Source: Candidatus Uhrbacteria bacterium
Lineage (GTDB): Bacteria; Patescibacteriota; Patescibacteriia; UBA9934; GWF2-40-263
DNA length: 64,000 bases
Assembly (NCBI GenBank): GCA_023246355.1
Contig: JAHFIQ010000002.1
Span: 118,229 to 182,228, forward strand
Direction of reading: 5' to 3'
A model generated the notes under the pieces. That model did no database searches. It had not been told where the DNA came from and worked only from the letters and a program-made list of their open reading frames with translations. How positions within the stretch are numbered: the first letter of the stretch is position 1; each line of letters begins with the position of its first letter. Shown piece by piece: positions 56,933 through 64,000 of this stretch. The position numbers were made by a program, and so were the translations under genes.

Positions 56933-57693
56933 TGCCGCTCCAGCCTATGTCTCTTCAAGAACAACTCTCAGAAGACATGAAGGCTTCCATGAAAGCCAAA
57001 GACAGTGCAACGCTTTCCACGTTGCGTTTGTTGCTTTCGGCTCTCAAGAATAAAAAAATTGATGTTCAACACGAATTGTCGGACACAGAAATTCAGGATG
57101 TCATCAAGACGCAAGTGAAGCAGTTGAAAGACTCGATTGTTTCTTTTGAGGCTGGCGGAAGATCTGATATGGTCGCGAACGCGAACGCAGAAATTTCTGT
57201 TCTTGCAAAATATTTGCCTGCTCAAATGTCTGATGAGGAATTATCAACGCTTGTTCAAAACGCGATTGCACAAACAGGTGTCACAAGCAAAGCAGATATC
57301 GGAAAAGTCATGGGCGTTGCGGTGAAGGCCTCCCAAGGTCGAGCCGATGGGGCACGTGTGAGAGAAGCCGTCATGCAACTCTTGCCTGTGTGTCTCTTGA
57401 CAGGCGTCTGTCTCTCCCAACCCGTCTTGGCGGCGATTCCGCTTACCGCTGAAAATCTTGGAGTGAATGCTTCTTCCATGGAACTCGCGCTCCGCATTTT
57501 CCGTGTGCTGATTCTCTGGCTTGGCATTCCAGCCATTTCGCTCATACTGACTGGTGGTTTTCGGTATATGATTGCCTCTTCTCGAGATCGCGAGCATCAA
57601 GAGTCTTGGGGGCTCATCATGCAAGGTTTTTTTGCCACGATGATCGTGGCTGGGCTGTTTGCCGTTTCAACCGTCGTTCTCCAGCAACTCTAA
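56932..57693 (+). CDS. yqeY: GatB/YqeY-domain protein; same frame continues into VirB2/TrbC-like pilin-fold segment (own signal peptide from ATG 57373) - fusion or two genes
   Basis: LSTLRLLLSALKNKKID YqeY pattern to ~aa 147; then MQLLPVCLLTGVCLSQPVLAA signal peptide + two TM helices. Confidence 0.6.
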   Translation: MPLQPMSLQEQLSEDMKASMKAKDSATLSTLRLLLSALKNKKIDVQHELSDTEIQDVIKTQVKQLKDSIVSFEAGGRSDMVANANAEISVLAKYLPAQMSDEELSTLVQNAIAQTGVTSKADIGKVMGVAVKASQGRADGARVREAVMQLLPVCLLTGVCLSQPVLAAIPLTAENLGVNASSMELALRIFRVLILWLGIPAISLILTGGFRYMIASSRDREHQESWGLIMQGFFATMIVAGLFAVSTVVLQQL

Positions 57694-57703
57694 ATGGAAA
57701 AAC

Positions 57704-57731
57704 AAAGCGAGCTTTTTAGAAGCTCGCTTTT
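57704..57731 (+). terminator. rho-independent terminator
   Basis: aaagcgagct-ttttaga-agctcgcttt. Confidence 0.65.
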
Positions 57732-57806
57732 GCTATCCACAGATTTCCCTGCGCTCTTTTGCGAAAATGCGATACAATGAACACACGCGACTGCAAGGCG
57801 TTTCTC

Positions 57807-59618
57807 ATGATGCTACAGAGACAACACAGCCTCGCTTCCGTTTTGATGCACGCGGCGATTTTTGCCGTGGGGTTTTTTGTGTTCGTGGTGTTCGTTCATC
57901 CAATGCAGGTTTTCGCTCAGTCAACCGATCTTGAAACGCTCGGAGCCGCTTCAGGACTGCCAACCTCCGACATCGCGATTTTGATCGCGCGCATCATCCG
58001 ACAGTTTTTGATGGTGATCGGGATCATCTTTACCTGCCTGATTATTTACGCCGGCTATCTGTATTTCATGGCGCGGGGAGAACCGGAACCTGTAAAGAAA
58101 GCGAAAAAGATTCTTCAGCAATCCGTGATCGGCCTCATCATTATTTTTCTCTCCTACAGCATCGCAACGTTTATTTTGAATCGGTTGTTGGACGCGGCGT
58201 TCTCAGGAACCAGCGAAGCGATTGCAGAGCAGTATTCTGAACCACTGTCTGGATCGCTCGGCGCTGGCATTTTGGAAGATCATTATCCTGAACGTGATGC
58301 CGTGGACATTCCTCGCAACACACGGATTTTTGTCACGTTCAAAGAAGCCATTGATCCCACGACCATGATGGATGGATATACAGATGGCGATGAGCACGGA
58401 GACCTGAATACCGAATCGATTCTTATTTATCCAACCGCTGAAGGCTCCACGGCCGCTCTTGCTTCAGATGCGGTTCGGGTGACGTTTGATGACGCGTTTG
58501 AAACCTTTGTCTTTGATCCGGATGAGTATCTCGGCTCTGCAGAGGAAGACACCAACTATACGGTCGTGCTCACCACCAACATCGATAAAGCCGATGGAGA
58601 CCAAGCTTTTTCCGGCGCGTATTCAGATGGGTACAGCTGGCAGTTTGAAGTTTCAACAGAAATTGATTTGACGCCACCGTATGTGACCTCCGTGGTTCCG
58701 ATTCAGGATGCCACCGAGCCGCGCAATGTCACGATTGAAGTGGATTTTAGCGAGGCCATGGATCCAGTTGCTGGAACAGGAACATATGATGTGGCTCTGG
58801 GTGAGTTGTTTACCAATATCTCGGCGTTGGATGGGGACGCAGCCACCATCGAAGGAACCTGGGCGATCAGCAATGGCTATCGCACGATCGATTTCACAAC
58901 AACCGACGCGTGTAGTGAGGATCCTTGTGGAGATACCATCTATTGTTTGCCAGGAGGCGAACCGATTTCTGTGACCGCCAAGGCCGCCTCTGTCAATCCT
59001 GACGAGATTCCCCAAGGCGAACCAACAGGGGCCACGTTTGATGGACTAGTCGATGCCGCAGCCAATTCTTTGGATGGCGATGACGACGGCGATGCGTGTG
59101 GATCAAGTACAGATACGGTTGACTGCACAGATGGCGATGCAGATGATGACTACGATTGGAATTTTACAACCACAGACGAGATCGAAGATACGGTTCCGCA
59201 AGTGTCCACGTTGGATCCAGAGGTCGATGAGGACGAAATTAGTCAAACAGACGATCTGACCATTCTCTTCAACACGTTTCTGAAATCTTCGACCGTCAAT
59301 TCAACGTCCGCGTCTCTTTGGCCGGATCCAAATTACGAGATGTGGTTTGCGATTCGCAAGAGCAATACTGACTCGGCCACGGAAGTCTTAATGGAACACC
59401 CAACCTTTGTAAGTAACGCAGACGGCGGTTGGGATTATTGGCCAGTGCTCACGCAAGACATCAAGAGCACCTACCAAATCTGTATGTATCCGGCTATCGG
59501 TCCAAATAGTTGTACGTCCTCGCGCTCCACAAGCTACCCCTACTGTTGTGAAGGGTCTCCGTCCACTTCCGCGTGTGAGACGGATTCTGGTGACACGCTT
59601 CCTGATAATTCTGACTAG
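57807..59618 (+). CDS. secreted surface protein: signal peptide, VirB2/TrbC-like two-TM pilin-fold N-domain, then SbsA/Big_5-type Ig-like domains and Cys-rich tail
   Basis: ATG 57807 with AAGG SD (track ORF from TTG 57759); PxVTSVVP...VTIEVDFSEAMDP Ig-like pattern. Confidence 0.6.
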   Translation: MMLQRQHSLASVLMHAAIFAVGFFVFVVFVHPMQVFAQSTDLETLGAASGLPTSDIAILIARIIRQFLMVIGIIFTCLIIYAGYLYFMARGEPEPVKKAKKILQQSVIGLIIIFLSYSIATFILNRLLDAAFSGTSEAIAEQYSEPLSGSLGAGILEDHYPERDAVDIPRNTRIFVTFKEAIDPTTMMDGYTDGDEHGDLNTESILIYPTAEGSTAALASDAVRVTFDDAFETFVFDPDEYLGSAEEDTNYTVVLTTNIDKADGDQAFSGAYSDGYSWQFEVSTEIDLTPPYVTSVVPIQDATEPRNVTIEVDFSEAMDPVAGTGTYDVALGELFTNISALDGDAATIEGTWAISNGYRTIDFTTTDACSEDPCGDTIYCLPGGEPISVTAKAASVNPDEIPQGEPTGATFDGLVDAAANSLDGDDDGDACGSSTDTVDCTDGDADDDYDWNFTTTDEIEDTVPQVSTLDPEVDEDEISQTDDLTILFNTFLKSSTVNSTSASLWPDPNYEMWFAIRKSNTDSATEVLMEHPTFVSNADGGWDYWPVLTQDIKSTYQICMYPAIGPNSCTSSRSTSYPYCCEGSPSTSACETDSGDTLPDNSD

Positions 59619-59623
59619 CTCCC

Positions 59624-62600
59624 ATGAACTTTCCACGAAAATCACAGGTGCTCGGCGTTTTCTTGGCACTCATGATCTGTGCCACCATTTTTGTCGCCGC
59701 GCCGGTGTTTGCCCAAGAGGTCGATACAGAAAGTTTTGCGGCCCAGGCCGGGTTTACCACAACCGCGGATATCACCACCATCATCGCAAGGCTCATTCGC
59801 ACCGCGATTAGTTTTATCGGGGTGATCGCAGTGGTGTTCGTCCTCTACGGCGGCTTCATGTTCATGACCGCTGGGGGCAATGCCGAGCGCGTGAAGACCG
59901 CGAGGAAAATTTTGATCAATGCCCTACTTGGACTTTTGTTAGTGTTTGCGTCTTTTGCGATCGTGAGTTTTATTTTGAACGCGCTCACGGACTCGACGAG
60001 TTCGGATATCACGTCTGAAGATTCTAGTTCTTCTTCCAGTTATGACGACAGTAGCTCAAGTTCGTCGTTCTATCTGCGATCCGTAAACACAGACTGTGCT
60101 GAGGCTTTGCAAAATCTTGAATTGCAGTTTGTGTTTTCCAAATCAATCGATGATTCAACCGTTGAGGACGGCATCGTGATTATGGAAGACGGTGAAACCA
60201 CAGCTGTTGATGGAACGTTTGATGTCTCAGGAAGAACCGTCACGTTCACGCCAAGCCAGGCCTGTGAGTCTCCGTACGAGGACTATTCCTGTTTTGATGC
60301 GACAACCGGCTACACGATCGAAGTCGATGCAACCGTTGTCGAGTCCTCAAATGGATCCTCGCTCGATTGCACCACCTCTTATCCTTGTTCGTTTGATTTT
60401 ACAACCGGTACAGGAGTCGACATCGAAGGGCCAACGGTTGAAATGGACGCGCCAGAGGACGGCGAATCTCTGTACATCGGGGCGATTGAAGAATTGGACG
60501 CAACCACATCTGACGATACGGGCGTCTCGACCGTTGATTTTTACCTGATTGACGATGATGAAGCACTGTATTCCTCTGGCGTTGAGCTCTCGACCCTAGG
60601 AGAGCTCACAGGTGGAAACGTTGAAAATACATTTTTTACAGACACGTCTGAGGAGTGGGCCACCACTGGTTACACCACCAACGAGCGGTACGACATCTGG
60701 GCTTCGGGATCTGATTGCGCAGGCAATGACGACACAGCCGACTCGATCGAGATTATCTTGCGTGCAGCCAACTGCAACAATGGCGTCATGGATGAAGATT
60801 TAGGAGAGACAGATGTTGACTGTGGTGGAGATGACACGAGTAGTGCTTATTACTGCGGCGCTTGTACCGGAGACGAGTGTACGGAAAATGCCGATTGTTC
60901 CAGCGGTCAATGTGTAGACGGAACTTGCGTGGAGACGCCCAAGATCGAATCGGTCTCCGCAGGGGACGGCGCGGTCGGGAATTTGATCACGATATCTGGT
61001 GAAGCGTTTGGGGATGATGAAGGCACGATCACGTTTTTGGGAACAGAAAGTGGGGACGAGATCACGGCCGCTGCCTATTCCTGCAACGATGAAACACAGT
61101 GGTCAGACACGGAAATCATCGTCCAGGTTCCCACAGGTGCCGTGGATGGCCCTGTCTCCGTCACCACTTCTGACACGACCCAGGATCCTGACCGCACCGA
61201 CGATGACTACGGTCCATCGATTGCAGATTTTGATGTGAACCTGATCGCGCGACCAGGCATCTGTATGCTCGATCCTGATTCGGGAGAAAATGAAACGGCC
61301 GTGGGCGTGTACGGAAATAGTTTTGGCTCCGAGCAGGGAACGTCGACATTTTATTTTACCAACTACGAAGCCTCTTCGTACGAAGATTGGGACGCGGCAG
61401 GAGAACAATTTACGGTCGCGGTTCCAAACGTAAACTCAGGGACGTATTATGGCCAAGTGTTTACGGGGGACTATGTGTGTCTTGATTCTCAAGGCGATGC
61501 CACAGGCGTTTCTTGTTCTGAAGATTCTGACTGCTATGCGGTGGAAGGCGTTGATGGAGGCGAGACCTGTGCGACCTCCTGGTGTTCTGAGTCGTTGGAT
61601 TATTGTTCGAGCGATGATGATTGTACAGACACAGGCGGTGATGGGTGTGAATCGATTCGTGTTGGTTCAAACGAAGTGAGGTTTGATGTTGAGGATACGT
61701 CTTCCACCACCACCCCGACAATCTCGTCTATCGATACTGGATGGCAAATGTGTACAGGAGGAACGGACGCTGGAGACCATTGTGGTGAGGATGCTGATTG
61801 TGAAAGTGGCGTGTGTATGGACGCCCCAAGTGTTGGCCCTCCTGGTCAGTACGTGACGATCTACGGGACCAACTTTGGGACCCTGCCTGGATCCGTGTTT
61901 TTGGAAAGTCAGCTCACAAGTCTCACAGCCTTGGGCGACACGGAATTTCCCGATGCCTGTGGAGAGGATTTCTGGAGTGACACCTCCATCACCATGAAAA
62001 TTCCAGAAACATACCAAACAGAAGAAAGTATTGAATATGTTCTCCACTCTTTGTATCTTGAACGCCAAGACGGAGAACAATCAGAGTCGACCAACCTGTC
62101 TGTGATCGATGACGTGCCTGGCCCATCCATTTGTGATATGGATCCAAGCGCTGGACCGGTGGGCACGAACGTGACCATTTATGGAGAAAATTTTGGAGAT
62201 AGCGACGGGGATGTTTACTTTTACAACGAGGTGCCGGCTGATGATTCCACGTTCGTTTGGGAAAATGATCAAATCAGTTCGATTGCCGTTTCAGAAGGTG
62301 TAGAAACGGGGCCTGTGTATGTGACTGAAGTGGAGAGCGGATTCTCCTCCAACTCCTCGAATTTTGAAGTCGGGGATTGTAACGAGGACGCGAGTTTGTG
62401 TGACACAGGCGAAACGTGCTGTTCAGACGGATCTTGTACCTCTTCAACTTGCGAAGCAGCAGCCGTGACCGAAGCTCACTATGCCTTCAAGGTTTCAACC
62501 GGTACCACGCCAAATACACCGGAGGTCGTGATTCAATGTGACTCCACCACTGCTTCGCCAGCCCCTTGGGAAGGCTGGAGCGATCCTGAAAACGTTTGTA

Positions 62601-64000
62601 CCAACACGTCCATCCAAGCCGAGTTCGACATGGACATGGATACCAGCACCTTCACCTCCTCAAATATTATCGTGGAGAGTTGTACAGAGTTCTATACCGC
62701 AGCCGAGGAAGCGGCGGGTGATGGAACAGAAGGGGACTGTAAAACATGGGAAGTTTTTGATGCAACTCCAGATATTACAGTCAGCGCCCGTGGTTTTACT
62801 TGGCAGCCTTATACGGTTCCGTCTTTCAGCGCTGATACAACGTATCGTGTGACACTCAACGGCAGTGGTGAGTCTGGTTCCATCCAAGCAGCTGCAAGTG
62901 CTGGCGGGGGTTATCTGGATGGAGACTATTCTTGGCAATTTACCACCAACGATGGAACGACGTTATGCGAGGTAGGCGGGGTGAATGTGAGTCCTGTCAC
63001 GGAATCGGTGAATGAAACAGGCGACATCGATTATCTTGCGAGCCTCGTCTCAGCCGATGATCAATGTGTGCCGGTGAGTTGTGATGGTCAGTCGATCGGA
63101 TGGGAGTCTGATTTTGACGGTGCGACGGTTCCTGACGGACCGTTCATGAGTGTCTGTACCAATGTGGTCACCGCGGTGTCGGAAACAGATGCCAACGATC
63201 CAGCCATCATCACCGCGACGGCGGTCAGTGCGGAAAATCAACCAGATGGCGACGGCGAGCTCACCATCAACTTTACCGATCCCGAAGTTGATTCGTATTT
63301 TCCAGACTGTTCAACAGCGTGTGTGAATGCTCTGCCTTGGGCGGAGTTTAATACCACGATGGACGCCACGACGATCACCACCTCGACCGTGACCATGTAT
63401 GAGTGTGAGGATTCGCTCTGTGCTGAATCTGAAATTGATCCTGTGGATTTTATTTCCTCCGTGAGCCTCACGTCATCTGATGACGGAAGTGATCGTCGGA
63501 TGGAAATCACGTTTGATACAGATGAGTACATGAGCGCAGACACCTGGTATCGCATTGTGCTGGATGGTGAGGCGATCCTGGCGGCAAATGGAAATCAACT
63601 TTCCGAGTCTGGGTCCAACTACGGTGATGATGCCAACCGTTACTTTGAACATGATTTTTCTTGGGTGTTTCAAACAAAAGATTCTGAGACCACATGCTCC
63701 GTGGATTCCGTTACGGTTTCACCGGACGAAACCACTGCGATGTATGTTGGTGATCGTGCGGAATTTGACGCCACAGCCTACGGTGAGCCGGATGACTGTT
63801 CCGTTGACGGCCAGGCCCTGCAATCGAGTTCCTACACCTGGTCTGCCTGGGGAGCACGTGATGTGTTGAATTTGGTTGGCGCGGCCACAGGGTCATCGAG
63901 TGATCAAAGCGACATTGTTGCCTACATGATCCAAGAAGGTGAAATTGAGCTCACCAGTGACTTGCCTGCGTACTGCTCTGCAAGCTGTTTGAATATCGGC
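59624..64000 (+). CDS. giant secreted protein (>=1458 aa, runs off window): same pilin-fold N-domain, then IPT/TIG-like and Cys-rich modules
   Basis: frame 2 open from ATG 59624 to window end (no frame-2 ORF in track); MNFPRKSQVLGVFLAL signal; repeated GxxVTIxGxxFG modules. Confidence 0.6.
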   Translation, partial: MNFPRKSQVLGVFLALMICATIFVAAPVFAQEVDTESFAAQAGFTTTADITTIIARLIRTAISFIGVIAVVFVLYGGFMFMTAGGNAERVKTARKILINALLGLLLVFASFAIVSFILNALTDSTSSDITSEDSSSSSSYDDSSSSSSFYLRSVNTDCAEALQNLELQFVFSKSIDDSTVEDGIVIMEDGETTAVDGTFDVSGRTVTFTPSQACESPYEDYSCFDATTGYTIEVDATVVESSNGSSLDCTTSYPCSFDFTTGTGVDIEGPTVEMDAPEDGESLYIGAIEELDATTSDDTGVSTVDFYLIDDDEALYSSGVELSTLGELTGGNVENTFFTDTSEEWATTGYTTNERYDIWASGSDCAGNDDTADSIEIILRAANCNNGVMDEDLGETDVDCGGDDTSSAYYCGACTGDECTENADCSSGQCVDGTCVETPKIESVSAGDGAVGNLITISGEAFGDDEGTITFLGTESGDEITAAAYSCNDETQWSDTEIIVQVPTGAVDGPVSVTTSDTTQDPDRTDDDYGPSIADFDVNLIARPGICMLDPDSGENETAVGVYGNSFGSEQGTSTFYFTNYEASSYEDWDAAGEQFTVAVPNVNSGTYYGQVFTGDYVCLDSQGDATGVSCSEDSDCYAVEGVDGGETCATSWCSESLDYCSSDDDCTDTGGDGCESIRVGSNEVRFDVEDTSSTTTPTISSIDTGWQMCTGGTDAGDHCGEDADCESGVCMDAPSVGPPGQYVTIYGTNFGTLPGSVFLESQLTSLTALGDTEFPDACGEDFWSDTSITMKIPETYQTEESIEYVLHSLYLERQDGEQSESTNLSVIDDVPGPSICDMDPSAGPVGTNVTIYGENFGDSDGDVYFYNEVPADDSTFVWENDQISSIAVSEGVETGPVYVTEVESGFSSNSSNFEVGDCNEDASLCDTGETCCSDGSCTSSTCEAAAVTEAHYAFKVSTGTTPNTPEVVIQCDSTTASPAPWEGWSDPENVCTNTSIQAEFDMDMDTSTFTSSNIIVESCTEFYTAAEEAAGDGTEGDCKTWEVFDATPDITVSARGFTWQPYTVPSFSADTTYRVTLNGSGESGSIQAAASAGGGYLDGDYSWQFTTNDGTTLCEVGGVNVSPVTESVNETGDIDYLASLVSADDQCVPVSCDGQSIGWESDFDGATVPDGPFMSVCTNVVTAVSETDANDPAIITATAVSAENQPDGDGELTINFTDPEVDSYFPDCSTACVNALPWAEFNTTMDATTITTSTVTMYECEDSLCAESEIDPVDFISSVSLTSSDDGSDRRMEITFDTDEYMSADTWYRIVLDGEAILAANGNQLSESGSNYGDDANRYFEHDFSWVFQTKDSETTCSVDSVTVSPDETTAMYVGDRAEFDATAYGEPDDCSVDGQALQSSSYTWSAWGARDVLNLVGAATGSSSDQSDIVAYMIQEGEIELTSDLPAYCSASCLNIG

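Noticed and set aside
57759-57806. TTG 57759 / ATG 57777 starts for the 57759..59618 ORF
   Set aside because: A TACAAT -10-like hexamer (57773-57778) overlaps ATG 57777; ATG 57807 has an AAGG SD and yields a canonical signal peptide. Same frame, so this affects only the first 16 codons

Overview
This 64 kb window reads as a chromosomal segment of a small-genome bacterium, probably Candidate Phyla Radiation/Patescibacteria (inference). The grounds are a compact tuf-S10-spc ribosomal cluster with no L30 gene, DUF5671 and Gmad2 envelope proteins, large surface proteins with VirB2/TrbC-like pilin N-domains, and about 50% GC. Gene order runs roughly as follows:

- **1-12 kb:** tuf, then rpsJ through secY with no L30, a terminator after secY, then adk-map-ruvX.
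- **13.8-20.6 kb:** envelope and lipoproteins (Gmad2, a BNR-repeat lipoprotein, a DUF5671 membrane protein), recO, asnS, an anchored hypothetical and a NYN-domain protein.
- **20.7-27.6 kb:** a YkgJ-like Cys-cluster protein, ddl, a mini AspRS lacking the GAD insertion, scpAB, a PBP5-type carboxypeptidase and a GT4 glycosyltransferase.
- **27.6-30.4 kb:** a DUF433/DUF5615 pair, an APH-like kinase, a YdjM-like membrane hydrolase, and a protein made of five tandem Cys3-His zinc-ribbon-like repeats.
- **30.5-31.2 kb:** a tRNA cluster (initiator tRNA-fMet, tRNA-Met CAU, tRNA-Leu CAA).
- **31.9-35.0 kb:** parAB and a short Rel (HD, synthetase and TGS domains only). A ~95-nt highly structured element sits in the divergent leader of rel.
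- **36.0-41.4 kb:** topA, dprA, pth and der.
- **41.4-46.0 kb:** an XPB/Rad25-like SF2 helicase carrying five 59-aa C-terminal tandem repeats (two of them near-identical at the DNA level), convergent with a free-standing HNH nuclease. Then an LCP protein and tRNA-Val.
- **46.2-54.5 kb:** rnc, an rpoD-like sigma, a Zn-ribbon/wHTH protein, an HrpB-like DExH helicase, a second XPB-like helicase (convergent with an orphan ParB-like protein).
- **54.6-57.4 kb:** lepB, hisS and rpsU-yqeY.
- **57.4-64.0 kb:** a VirB2/TrbC-like small pilin segment with its own signal peptide (in frame with yqeY), then two large secreted Ig-like/TIG-repeat proteins with the same pilin-like N-domain. The last runs off the window.

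The points most worth a second look are: (1) a 26-nt exact (38/40) in-frame acidic-linker element shared by three unrelated genes; (2) a 17-nt motif, CCATCCGTTCCTTACAA, placed identically downstream of TTGAC(A/G)-N17 promoters of rnc and the hrpB-like gene; (3) two helicase-nuclease convergent pairs built on XPB-like helicases with unusual Trp-rich C-terminal repeats; and (4) the pilin-like surface-protein cluster. No CRISPR array, rRNA or transposase was seen. All coordinates were read by eye from the printed sequence and checked against the ORF track where possible. Exact GC content was not computed and no database searches were run.
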